Assembly: GCA_050950765.1 (NCBI GenBank)
Contig: JBMNIF010000002.1
Coordinates: forward strand, 64,001-128,000
DNA: 64,000 nucleotides
DNA from: Bdellovibrionota bacterium
GTDB lineage: Bacteria; Bdellovibrionota_C; UBA2361; JAAYZI01
Direction: 5' to 3'
Below are positions 52,104-61,948 of this stretch, in pieces. The first letter of the stretch is position 1. Each line of letters starts with the position of its first letter. The position numbers and the translations under genes are program-made. Below the pieces are notes generated by a model. It was not told where the DNA came from. It did not search any database and worked only from the letters and a program-made list of their open reading frames with translations.

Positions 52104-53144
52104 CTATGAAGCTGGGTTAAAATCTATCTCTACATATTTAAAATCATCATAAAACTGCTGCGGAGGTATCGGCACAGGGCTGGCCTTACTCACAGCACGC
52201 ACTACCGACTGATCAAAAAGCGCATTTCCAGAAGAAGCAGACATCTTAATATCGCTTATGACACCGCTGGGGCTTATCCTAAACTTAACAACAGCCTGTA
52301 ACTGAGAAGCAGGTTGATGCCACTTCCACCCTTTCCTAACGTGCGTTTCTAGCTGCTCTTTGTATATAAACCACTCCGGCGGACGCAACACACCGCCCCC
52401 CATACCACTTCCACCACGACCATCGCCACCAAAGCCGTAACCTCCTGCATCAGTCGATGGTCCAAGATAACGTTGCATCGCCTGTTGATAGCCACGATCT
52501 ATATCGGCAGAGCTCATCCCTCTACCAGATCCTCCTCCGCCGCCACCACCAGTACCACTGGTAGAGCCCGCTGTTTTATTACCCCCTGTCGTCTTCCCTT
52601 GAGCCCCTTTTGTAGGCTTTTCCTCTGTTTTTTTAGGTGGCGCAGCTACTGCCTGCTTCTTTTCCGCCTCTTTTGGAGGCTCTTTTTTAGGCTCAACTTT
52701 TTTTTCTCCCTTTTTTTCTTCCTTTTTGTTTTTATCCGCTAAGGAAACTTCAGCATCCTCGTCTGCCACCTCCGGCTTTTTAGTCTCAACTTTAGGAGCT
52801 TCTTTTTTTGTAGGTTCAGCTGGCTTTTCAACTTTTACAGGTTCAGCACCTTTTTCTCCGCCCCCTTCCCCTTTCGATCCTTTTGACCCTCCCGCACTTG
52901 TTTTTTTAGGAGGAGCGATAGGAGTTTTTTGATTACCGATGGGGATCTGGTTAATCCCCCCTAACAGATTACTGCTCTCCATCGTAACCGAATAAATAAT
53001 TCGCGGAGATTCCTTTTCTTCTGAAAGATGAACCCCAAAGATCATCACATAAAACAGTAATCCGTGCAAAGTCAAAGATATGACGAACGCTATTTTTGTG
53101 AAATCATCATTTCTGGCGGCAGTAACTACCATCTTTATACTCAA
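52104..53144 (-). CDS. tolA: TolA/TonB-family energy transducer
   Basis: SLTLH TM motif, K/E/P-rich linker, C-terminal SSGNALFDQSV; operon context. Confidence 0.82.
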   Translation of the reverse strand: MSIKMVVTAARNDDFTKIAFVISLTLHGLLFYVMIFGVHLSEEKESPRIIYSVTMESSNLLGGINQIPIGNQKTPIAPPKKTSAGGSKGSKGEGGGEKGAEPVKVEKPAEPTKKEAPKVETKKPEVADEDAEVSLADKNKKEEKKGEKKVEPKKEPPKEAEKKQAVAAPPKKTEEKPTKGAQGKTTGGNKTAGSTSGTGGGGGGGSGRGMSSADIDRGYQQAMQRYLGPSTDAGGYGFGGDGRGGSGMGGGVLRPPEWFIYKEQLETHVRKGWKWHQPASQLQAVVKFRISPSGVISDIKMSASSGNALFDQSVVRAVSKASPVPIPPQQFYDDFKYVEIDFNPAS

Positions 53145-53150
53145 CCAAAA

Positions 53151-53621
53151 CTATTTTTTAGTATTAACACCCTTTTTATCATCTTTTTCGGATCGTTTGG
53201 CTGAACTAACAGGTGCCGAAACCAATCCAATCTGAGTCACACCACCTTGGTGCAGCTCCCCCATCACCTCCATAACTCGACCGTACTGCAGATCAGTATC
53301 AGCTTTAATATAAACTTTCCTTTCAGCAGCTGGTCTCGCCTTTAATATCGCATTAATCTTCTCTGATATGGCTGACAGCTCGATCTTATTTCCACTTCCG
53401 ATATAGACATCACCGGCAACATCAATAGACACTACGACCTGCTCGTCCGTCCCTTGCAAAGCTGCGGTAGTTGCTTTCGGTAAATTAACATCAACCCCCT
53501 GTTGCAACATCGGAGCAGTCACCATAAAGATCACCAACAACACCAACATTACATCAACTAACGGTGTCACATTAATATTAGCAACAGGCCCACTTTGAGA
53601 GTTATGTTTAGATCCTGCCAT
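53151..53621 (-). CDS. tolR: TolR
   Basis: INVTPLVDVMLVLLVIFMVTAP. Confidence 0.93.
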   Translation of the reverse strand: MAGSKHNSQSGPVANINVTPLVDVMLVLLVIFMVTAPMLQQGVDVNLPKATTAALQGTDEQVVVSIDVAGDVYIGSGNKIELSAISEKINAILKARPAAERKVYIKADTDLQYGRVMEVMGELHQGGVTQIGLVSAPVSSAKRSEKDDKKGVNTKK

Positions 53622-53670
53622 CTTCTTATCACCTTAAAAGATACGAAAAACCAATTTCAAGAGGGATAAA

Positions 53671-54381
53671 TTATACAAAAAAGCGCGCTGCGATACTGAT
53701 AAATTCAGAGCTAAAACTCGTCATTAAATCTTTAAAATTCTTCACCTCTACAACGAAGAAATTATACGCAATAGCAGCAGGGATAGCCGCAGCCAAACCG
53801 ATAGCAGTAGCAATTAAAGCTTCCGAGATACCAGGTGCGACCGCTTCAAGAGTTGTAGCAACTCCGCCCTTACCAAGTCCAAGAAAAGCATCCATAATTC
53901 CCCAAACGGTTCCGAACAACCCGATAAACGGTGCAGCACTCGCCACAGTCGCTAAGAAGGTAACCCCTTTTTCAAGACGCACACCCTCTTCAATCTCAGC
54001 TCTATTAAGCGACATCTGTAAAATATCGATCTCTCCAAAACGAGCACTCCCCGCCTCTCTCTCCTCTCTCTCTTCTCTCTCTTTGATTAGGTCACCCAAC
54101 GTTTTATAGCCACTATTAAAAACGTGCGACAACGGTGTTGATAAGAGGCGTCTAGTGGCACCATCTATCTGAGAGAGATTACGACTCTCCCAAAAGATCT
54201 GACTAAAAGCTTCAGTTTCTTTCTTTGCCTTTCTGAACTGCAAAAGTTTCGCTATCGTGATAGTCCAACTCCATAAAGATAACAAAACTAAGATAATCAG
54301 AACCGCAGTAACAACGGGTCCTGAATTCGCAACCATATCAAGGATGCCTTCTTCTTGTACTATAGCTATAGTTTCGTCCAT
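53671..54381 (-). CDS. tolQ: TolQ
   Basis: APFIGLFGTVWGIM, VAPGISEALIATAIGL. Confidence 0.93.
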   Translation of the reverse strand: MDETIAIVQEEGILDMVANSGPVVTAVLIILVLLSLWSWTITIAKLLQFRKAKKETEAFSQIFWESRNLSQIDGATRRLLSTPLSHVFNSGYKTLGDLIKEREEREEREAGSARFGEIDILQMSLNRAEIEEGVRLEKGVTFLATVASAAPFIGLFGTVWGIMDAFLGLGKGGVATTLEAVAPGISEALIATAIGLAAAIPAAIAYNFFVVEVKNFKDLMTSFSSEFISIAARFFV

Positions 54382-54874
54382 TGCCTCACCATGACACAAC
54401 TGCATAACCATTCAATATTCAACACACAATTCAACACACAGAAACAGAAGGAATTTGAGGAAAAACTCATTGAACAGATATACAAAATTAAAAAACAAAA
54501 AAAGCATCTAACTGCGCTCTCTTTTAAAAAGCTTTTAAAACGAACTTTTAAAACGCTTCCAACACAAAGCATCAGCAGTTGACACTTATGTAATAATATT
54601 ACACACCAACAAAAACAGCACCAGATCTAAGAGGAAGATTATGTGAAAAAATCTACTATTTTAAAAGCTTGACGACAGAGATAGTGTCAAGCACAATCCA
54701 CCCTGTGCGTAACCATTCAAGTCTCTTTTAACAATCCAAGTCATTGGGAGAAGTAAAGCACAGGATAAAACACGGCGTTTTAAGGCATCACTTATCAGAT
54801 ATAAGTGAACTTTCAGATAAAATGCTCCGTTTTTCCAAAGAGTGGAGATAATCTTAAAATTAACGAGGTAAAAC

Positions 54875-55630
54875 ATGAACAGTAAGAAATTAGTAGTTGG
54901 AAATTGGAAAATGAATCTTGTTCCCAAAGAAGCCAAAGAGTTAGTTACTCAGATTGCCAATGCATACAACAACAATCTAAAAAAGGCGGAAGTTTGGGTA
55001 ACTCCTCCTGCGCTTGATATTCCAGCCGTAGCAGAAGTTTTAAACGGAACAACTATCAGGTACGGCTCTCAAAACGCATATTTTGAAGATAGTGGCGCTT
55101 TTACTGGGGAACTTTCTATCCCGATGCTTTCAGAATTAGGCGCAAGCTTCGCCATCGTAGGACATTCAGAGCGTCGTCACATCTTCGGAGAATCTAACGA
55201 ACAGGTAGCACAACGCGCCGTCGGACTTCTTAAGAAGAGCTTTACTACCATCCTCTGTGTTGGAGAGATGCTTCCAGATCGTGAAGCAGGACGAACCAAC
55301 GCCGTACTGGAAGCGCAACTGACCCCTGTTTTAAATAACATTGACGCTTCTTCGTTAACAAACTTGGTTATCGCTTACGAACCTGTTTGGGCTATCGGAA
55401 CTGGCAAGGTGGCAACGATCAAAGAGATCGAAGATGCTCACGCCTTTATCGATCAAACGTGTCGCAAAGCACTTAAAGAGTGTCCGCCGATCCTGTATGG
55501 CGGAAGTGTTAAGCCTAACAATTTTGCAGAGATTATCGCAGTACCACGTGTTAGTGGTGCTTTAGTTGGTGGAGCTAGCCTCTCTTTTGAGTCCTTCAAG
55601 GCTTTAATAGATATCGCCGAGCAACACTAA
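54875..55630 (+). CDS. tpiA: Triosephosphate isomerase
   Basis: GNWKMN, GHSERR, AYEPVWAIGTG, YGGSV, LVGGASL. Confidence 0.97.
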   Translation: MNSKKLVVGNWKMNLVPKEAKELVTQIANAYNNNLKKAEVWVTPPALDIPAVAEVLNGTTIRYGSQNAYFEDSGAFTGELSIPMLSELGASFAIVGHSERRHIFGESNEQVAQRAVGLLKKSFTTILCVGEMLPDREAGRTNAVLEAQLTPVLNNIDASSLTNLVIAYEPVWAIGTGKVATIKEIEDAHAFIDQTCRKALKECPPILYGGSVKPNNFAEIIAVPRVSGALVGGASLSFESFKALIDIAEQH

Positions 55631-55645
55631 AATATTATATATAGC

Positions 55646-55679
55646 GCCCGTTATTATCATCTCAAGATAAATAACGGGC
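55646..55679. terminator. Hairpin GCCCGTTATT...AATAACGGGC between convergent genes
   Basis: 10-bp inverted repeat after the tpiA stop. Confidence 0.6.
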
Positions 55680-55712
55680 ACTATTAGACACGACAACAGC
55701 AGAGACTTAATT

Positions 55713-57029
55713 TTAATACTCAACGAATCCGGAGTTATCTCCGCTAGTAATAAACCCTCCGGAACTTTTCTTCTCTAACGAATCTTCAGAGACTTTAAAG
55801 AGTGTATCAACGCGATGTTTGGAGCTTTTAGTTGCTGCTATCCAGAACACGAATTGACTTCTATTAGCGTCGTATCTCCACCGTCTAAGATTGTAGGCAT
55901 GTGAGAAACGGTATAACTTTGTGGCAACATCACCATTTTTATTTTCTACCCTTAAGGTATAAAGCCCCTCAACAGGTCCCTTCCTCAATTCAAAGTTAAA
56001 AGCTGTTTTTTCCTTATTAAGTGGCTTTAACGACAGGTCACGCAAAAGCACACCATTGTGATAAACAGAGATCCTTACAATATCCTTACCTTCCAAGACA
56101 CCTTTAAAACGTAACGCCGCCTTCTCTTTAGCTCCTCTTCTCCCACTTTGTTGATTGCGTCGTGATTGTCTGACATTAGCAGGCACCAAGATCTCTACAC
56201 TTCTTAATTCCAGCGGCGGTTGATATTGTGGTCTAGCAGCAAGTTTAAACCGCTCTGCAGCACTACGCCCCAATATCGGAGTGATCGATATCTCTGCCCA
56301 TTCACTAAATCTCTCTCTACCGACACGTTCTCTTATAAAAGCACGCGTTACCTCCATATCCAGATATTCAAGGTACAAGACAGCATCCAACGCCGATAAA
56401 TTTTTCTTCCCACCACTCAAAATAACATCGATACCACCGATAAAATTGTACAACGAATACTTTGAAGCAACGTATCTCGCAGAAAGTGAGTTTGCTAAAT
56501 CACGCGCAGCTACACGAGCATTCCCGAGAATTTCGGCGACATCCTCACCTTTTAAAAGCTCCCACGAAACACTCTCCATCGGAATGAGGGGTTGCAACCC
56601 CCTTCTAGCTTTAGCTGAATCTTTTGCAGTAGACTTACCTGACTGTTTTAATTTTTTTTCAGATTGTTCAGTAGCGGTTTCTTCTACGTGACCGGAATCA
56701 ATTAAGTAAGAATATTGTGTCAATTTCTTATCGGAAGAGATCGAGCCATCAGTGATAGGTAATTGATCCACGACACCAACTACACCACCCTTAGCCTCCT
56801 TCTCTTTTTTCTTAGTCTTTACTTTTTTTGTCTTCCGCAGATCTTCTTTAGTTTCAGACAAACCATCCAAAGTTATAACCTGTTCACCGAGATCACTATC
56901 AAAATCCCCCGCTTCATCAATGTCTGAACCGATAAAATCAGGCACAAAAATAATCGCAAGAACAATAACGATAACGACAACAGGTAAAAACCAGTTATTA
57001 CTTTTAAAATCGACGAGATCCAGAGCCAT
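55713..57029 (-). CDS. Hypothetical protein with N-terminal membrane anchor
   Basis: 438-aa ORF with a hydrophobic N-terminal helix; no recognised motif. Confidence 0.7.
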   Translation of the reverse strand: MALDLVDFKSNNWFLPVVVIVIVLAIIFVPDFIGSDIDEAGDFDSDLGEQVITLDGLSETKEDLRKTKKVKTKKKEKEAKGGVVGVVDQLPITDGSISSDKKLTQYSYLIDSGHVEETATEQSEKKLKQSGKSTAKDSAKARRGLQPLIPMESVSWELLKGEDVAEILGNARVAARDLANSLSARYVASKYSLYNFIGGIDVILSGGKKNLSALDAVLYLEYLDMEVTRAFIRERVGRERFSEWAEISITPILGRSAAERFKLAARPQYQPPLELRSVEILVPANVRQSRRNQQSGRRGAKEKAALRFKGVLEGKDIVRISVYHNGVLLRDLSLKPLNKEKTAFNFELRKGPVEGLYTLRVENKNGDVATKLYRFSHAYNLRRWRYDANRSQFVFWIAATKSSKHRVDTLFKVSEDSLEKKSSGGFITSGDNSGFVEY

Positions 57030-57217
57030 ATCCTTTACACCCTAAATAGAAACAGAAACTCAAAGAAAAATAAGGTATCCTCCAGCTTCGATTGTAACAA
57101 GATTTCGAAAGATAATCATTCTATGTTATTAAGATTTAACCTCCGAATGATATCTTAGAATAAAAATTATCAGATATTTCCTGCTGAAACACCCCTCTAA
57201 AAAGCAATCTATTGATT

Positions 57218-58204
57218 TTATTGCTTAAAAATACGCTTCAGATCTTCACTATCACCTAAATATCGAGCTCCTTTATGCATAATAATCTCTTTTGACATTC
57301 TGGCAGCCCGCATTCCTGACTCTTTCGGAGTATAACCGTGTGAAACTCCGTATAAATAACTACCGGCAAAAGCATCTCCCGCCCCTGTTAAATCGACGGG
57401 CGTGCAAGGAAACGCCGGAATCAACAACTGTGCGCCGTCACAACAGATATAAGCTCCTTCAGCACCGACTGTAACTACCGTATTCGGGACGATATCAGCC
57501 ATAAAATCAACAGCTTGCTGCACGGAATCAACTCCTGCGTAAGCTTGTGCTTCCGCTTCATTAGCAAATACCAGTTCGGATCTGGTGAGAACCTCTCCTA
57601 ATGCAGCGTGGTGATTTTCAACGATCGGCACGGCAGAGGTCGTGACGGCGACTTTCGTACCGTTTTTTTTCGCAATATCTAAAGCTTTTTCGATGGCAGC
57701 AACTGCAACTTCGCCACCTGAAAAAAGATATCCCTCTATAAATAACCACTCGGAAGCAGCGATACACTCCTCTTTAATATGCGTAACGTTAAATTCTTCC
57801 GCCGCTCCTAAACAGATCCTCATTGTACGCTCAGCGTCAGGAGAAATTAACGAGATACAACACCCTGTTGATAGTGGTGAGGTAACATCAGCCCCCAACA
57901 CCACACCATAACTTTTAAAATCATTTGCAAAGTGTTTTCCTAATTTATCATCTCCAAGACTCGCCAAGAAAACACCTTTCCCCCCTAATTGCGCAAAGAT
58001 CAGTAAGGAATTAGCTACGGAACCTCCACTTACTAAAACCTGATCTCTATCGGCAAATTTCTTTGTTACCGCTTCGACTTCATCTTGATTTATAACTCCC
58101 CAACTCCCTTTAGCCCAACCCAAGTCGGCAAGCTCTGCATCAGAAACCTCTATCAAGATATCAACAACACCGTTCCCCATAGCACAAAGATCAAGCCTTT
58201 TCAC
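57218..58204 (-). CDS. PfkB-family carbohydrate kinase (adenosine kinase-like)
   Basis: GGSVANS, ERTM, FANEAEA, DLTGAGDAFAG. Confidence 0.9.
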   Translation of the reverse strand: MKRLDLCAMGNGVVDILIEVSDAELADLGWAKGSWGVINQDEVEAVTKKFADRDQVLVSGGSVANSLLIFAQLGGKGVFLASLGDDKLGKHFANDFKSYGVVLGADVTSPLSTGCCISLISPDAERTMRICLGAAEEFNVTHIKEECIAASEWLFIEGYLFSGGEVAVAAIEKALDIAKKNGTKVAVTTSAVPIVENHHAALGEVLTRSELVFANEAEAQAYAGVDSVQQAVDFMADIVPNTVVTVGAEGAYICCDGAQLLIPAFPCTPVDLTGAGDAFAGSYLYGVSHGYTPKESGMRAARMSKEIIMHKGARYLGDSEDLKRIFKQ

Positions 58205-58305
58205 TGCAATTCTCCCTTCAATTAGTCATTTATTATAACAGCCACCTATTTTTTTAGACCTTAAAAAACCAAACACCTCACTCGGTCACACCATACTATA
58301 TATAT

Positions 58306-58686
58306 TTAATTCTTCTCTTCAGAGCTACCGTCAGTTACTATATGAAATTTAAAGGTATGAACCTCATGCTCCTCACCTCGCCATGGAATAAAAACCCCCT
58401 CTTCATACTTCAAACTTAACGTAACATCATCACCATAGCGCCGAATTACAAGGTCATTTTCAGTGGCAGGAATATCACCGTTCCTTAAATGAGTCCTCAA
58501 TTTACTCCTAATCTCTCGATCAGAAAAATTACTTCCAACCCTTGCTAACTGCTCCATCTGATTTGCCAACTCAAGATGATAGTACCAGATCGGCACCACT
58601 TGATTCGCTATAAATAACGTTGCAGCGATAATCACGCCAAATACAAGAAGGGTCAATTTCCCAATACCAGAGTCATTTCTTAACAT
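58306..58686 (-). CDS. Small pilin-like membrane protein (DUF4845-like)
   Basis: Short leader then G followed by a hydrophobic helix; 126 aa. Confidence 0.55.
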   Translation of the reverse strand: MLRNDSGIGKLTLLVFGVIIAATLFIANQVVPIWYYHLELANQMEQLARVGSNFSDREIRSKLRTHLRNGDIPATENDLVIRRYGDDVTLSLKYEEGVFIPWRGEEHEVHTFKFHIVTDGSSEEKN

Positions 58687-58784
58687 AAGGATAACCTTTA
58701 ATTTTATAACACCTGAATATTATGTTACCGCATTCATGTCACCCAACGGTATAAAAATCAAGTTTTTTCCTCCTTTAACATTCT

Positions 58785-59025
58785 CCCTTCTTTCATAGAA
58801 CGGATCCTCATCTAAATATTACCACTTACTTTGAAATCTCTTCCCCTTTTTCCTCCCCTAACTCCATCCCTTCTTTCATAACACGGATCCTCATCTAAAT
58901 ATTACCACTTACTCTAAAACCTCTTCCCCTTTTTCCTCCTCTATACTCCATCCCTTCTTTCATAACACGGACAATTACCTATGTTACCACTTGCTCTAAA
59001 ACCCCTTCCTCTTCCATAGCACGGA
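58785..59025 (+). repeat. Pyrimidine-rich tandem repeat, ~83-84 bp x ~3
   Basis: CCCTTCTTTCATA..ACGGA at 58785, 58868 and 58952. Confidence 0.85.
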
Positions 59026-59138
59026 TGATAATTTATCCTTATTACTATATCGAAACGGAAAGAACGGCTTTTAAAGGGGAGCGATCTCGTCTATTCTTCA
59101 TCGATAGAAAGGGCATTGATAGGAAAGGAGAACAAGTT

Positions 59139-59576
59139 ATGTTCAACTACATAAAGAACTTATATCTAAGGATCTCAAAAACATTACTCCCCGACGATCT
59201 ACCCCTTCTATTACGTCGCAAAGTACGCTCTCAACTTATTGTAGCTCTCGGTTTTACACTCCTCGGGATCGGCAACATCACCTTTGGGCATATAAAATGT
59301 ACTCAATACAAAGATATCTTAGCTCAAACCACACTTGAGCTTACTCCGCCAACAGAAACACCTAAAAAATTTAATTCCTTAATTTTTTCAACCTCAGTTG
59401 ATGTCACAAAACAGAATAAATATCTTAATCGGATCCATAGTCGTATCGATTTTTATACGATCGTAGTCCAAGCCGGAGCAACATTTATTATCATCGCTAT
59501 CACCCTCTTGATCTTAGCTCGTATAAATGTCCACTCTTTTTCTCAAGACACCCTTAAATCTGAGAACGTATCATGA
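59139..59576 (+). CDS. Hypothetical two-TM membrane protein
   Basis: AGGAG RBS before ATG 59139; two hydrophobic segments; overlaps the next start (ATGA). Confidence 0.6.
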   Translation: MFNYIKNLYLRISKTLLPDDLPLLLRRKVRSQLIVALGFTLLGIGNITFGHIKCTQYKDILAQTTLELTPPTETPKKFNSLIFSTSVDVTKQNKYLNRIHSRIDFYTIVVQAGATFIIIAITLLILARINVHSFSQDTLKSENVS

Positions 59577-60322
59577 CAAGATCAATTACACAGAAAAGTG
59601 CTTCTTTACTTTTGCTTCCTTTCCAGATGATTCAGGCACTTTTTAAAATTTTTACCACCCCCCGTCTTCTTCTCCCCCTACTGGTTCCATACCTAATCGG
59701 AGCCGCTACTTTTATAACCACTCTGTGGCTAGGGGTTGATTATAGGAACGATTTGGCGGCACTAATTGTTTCTCCAGAATCTTGGTGGTATCAGATCTTA
59801 AGTTGGCTTGCTGTCGTCATATCTTTTTTTATCAGCACCCTTATCTCCATCGTCGTTATTTTACTGATTGCAGAAACTTTCATAGAGTTTTTCCTTACAA
59901 AAGCCTTCCCCCTATACGGCTTTACCTTTCCAGATACCCCCTTTTCATTAAAGGCTCTCACCACTTCAACGTTAGCTGCTTTAGGCAATGATTTTAAACG
60001 TATCATAATGATTATTATTCTAACTGTGATAACCATTATCTGTAGCTTCATACCTATTTTATTATTTATACCCCCTATAATAACAGCTTTTTTAGCAGGT
60101 TTTGATCTATTCAACCTCTCACTTAACATCTTAGAAATGCCCTTTAAAGAGCGCCGCCGTTTAATCAGAACTCACCTAATTGAAGTGATCTCACTCGGTG
60201 CCACCCTACTACTTTTTTTATTGATTCCGTTAGGGGGTATCCTGTTTTTCCCAGCAGCGTACCTAGTCGCCTTAAAACGACTTTCTGTTTGGGAAGAGAT
60301 GCAGCCTTACAAAAACTCTTAG
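59573..60322 (+). CDS. EI24/CysZ-like membrane protein
   Basis: Multi-TM pattern typical of CysZ/EI24; motif support is weak. Confidence 0.6.
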   Translation: MTRSITQKSASLLLLPFQMIQALFKIFTTPRLLLPLLVPYLIGAATFITTLWLGVDYRNDLAALIVSPESWWYQILSWLAVVISFFISTLISIVVILLIAETFIEFFLTKAFPLYGFTFPDTPFSLKALTTSTLAALGNDFKRIIMIIILTVITIICSFIPILLFIPPIITAFLAGFDLFNLSLNILEMPFKERRRLIRTHLIEVISLGATLLLFLLIPLGGILFFPAAYLVALKRLSVWEEMQPYKNS

Positions 60323-60400
60323 TTTTTTCGGTATTTAATTCAAAGATAAATAAGATATAACTAAAAGTTGTTTTGGTATTTAATTCAAAATAAATCTTTA

Positions 60401-60596
60401 GTTACATTTTAGATAAAAGATGTTAGCTTTTTTAAGTTGTAGAAGCTCTGTTTGAAGAAGAAAAGCTTATTTATGATCTGTTACATCTTAGGTAAAAGGT
60501 GTTAGCTTTTTTAAAGTTGTATAAGCTACGTTTGCAGAAGAAAAGCCTATTTATGATCTGTTACATCTTAGGTAAAAGGTGTTAACTTTTTTAAGT
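60401..60596 (+). repeat. Tandem repeat ~79-80 bp x 2.5 upstream of leuB
   Basis: GTTACAT(C/T)TTAG(G/A)TAAAAG at 60401, 60480 and 60560. Confidence 0.85.
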
Positions 60597-60650
60597 GTGA
60601 ATGATGGAGCTGTATAAATCAGCTTTTTACTGATTGTTTAAGGGAGTTAT

Positions 60651-61706
60651 ATGAATAGTTATAAGATTGCCGTACTTCCAGGGGATGGTACCGGCCCTGA
60701 AGTTATAGAAGAAGCTATAAAGGTATTAGAAGCCGCCGAAAAAAAGTTCGGATTTAAATGTGATAAACAGTATTACGATTTCGGTGGAGAACGTTATCTG
60801 AAAAGTGGTCATATCTTGGATGATAGTGACGTTGAGGATCTACGTGGATATTCAGCGATCTTACTAGGTGCCATCGGACATCCAGAAGTTAAACCAGGGA
60901 TCCTTGAAAAAGGTATCTTATTAAAATTGCGCTTTGCGCTTGATCAATACATCAACTTGCGTCCGATTAAACTTTATAAGGCAGATTTCTGTCCATTAAA
61001 AGACAAAACTCCTGATGATATTGATTTTGTTGTAGTACGAGAGAATTCGGAAGGGCTATATACCGGCATGGGTGAGTTTAGAGATAAAGGAACGGCTAAT
61101 GAGGTTGCCATCCAGACTTCATACAACACCCGTAAGGGGGTGGAGCGTTGTTTACGTTACGCCTTTGAGTTTTGTCGTAAGCGCAATAAGAGAAAAACCT
61201 TAACCCTTTGTGGAAAGACAAACGTCTTAACTTACGCTTTTGATCTTTGGAAGAGAGTTTTTGACGAGCTTGCCGCAGAATATTCGGATATCAAAACTGA
61301 TTATATGCATGTTGATGCTGCAACGATGTGGTTCGTTAAGAATCCTGAGTGGTTTGATGTAATTGTTACTGACAATATGTTCGGCGACATCATCACCGAT
61401 CTCGGTGCAATGATTCAGGGCGGTATGGGCATTGCCGCTGGTGGCAATATCAATCCGCAAGGCGTTTCAATGTTTGAACCGATCGGTGGTAGCGCTCCTA
61501 AATATACAGGTCAGAACGTGATCAATCCGTTAGCAGCTATCTCTGCCGTTAGTATGATGTTAGAGACACTTGGAGAGGGTGAAGCAGCAGCAGCCATAGA
61601 AAAATCAGTTATCGATCTTGTAAACACCAAAGTTAAATCCCTTAGCGCTGGTAAGATGGGGTATGGGACTAAAGAGATCGGCGATCTAGTCGTTAAAGGT
61701 CTATAA
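60651..61706 (+). CDS. leuB: 3-isopropylmalate dehydrogenase
   Basis: [38 protein letters not shown]. Confidence 0.88.
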   Translation: MNSYKIAVLPGDGTGPEVIEEAIKVLEAAEKKFGFKCDKQYYDFGGERYLKSGHILDDSDVEDLRGYSAILLGAIGHPEVKPGILEKGILLKLRFALDQYINLRPIKLYKADFCPLKDKTPDDIDFVVVRENSEGLYTGMGEFRDKGTANEVAIQTSYNTRKGVERCLRYAFEFCRKRNKRKTLTLCGKTNVLTYAFDLWKRVFDELAAEYSDIKTDYMHVDAATMWFVKNPEWFDVIVTDNMFGDIITDLGAMIQGGMGIAAGGNINPQGVSMFEPIGGSAPKYTGQNVINPLAAISAVSMMLETLGEGEAAAAIEKSVIDLVNTKVKSLSAGKMGYGTKEIGDLVVKGL

Positions 61707-61720
61707 ACCTTTAACTAAAA

Positions 61721-61754
61721 CAGCTGCACGCTCTTCAATAAAAACGTGCAGCTG
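61721..61754 (+). terminator. Hairpin CAGCTGCACG...CGTGCAGCTG after leuB
   Basis: 10-bp inverted repeat; no strong U-tract. Confidence 0.5.
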
Positions 61755-61948
61755 TACAGACGCTACTATTTCTTTTCTATAATATCAGCTAGCTCGAGCC
61801 GCGCCTTTTCTGACTTCCTAGCCTGGACAGTTTTTTAAAGCTTCGCTTTTAAAAAACTTCCCCACTACATAATAAATAAAAACCGATATCCCAACACTCT
61901 TAGGGTCGACAGACTTCGGAAGTCAGACGCTACTATTTCTTTTCTATA

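Noticed and set aside
60197..60206. GGTGCCACCC inside the EI24/CysZ-like gene
   Set aside because: Isolated match in coding sequence without the AATTT prefix or any module; probably chance.
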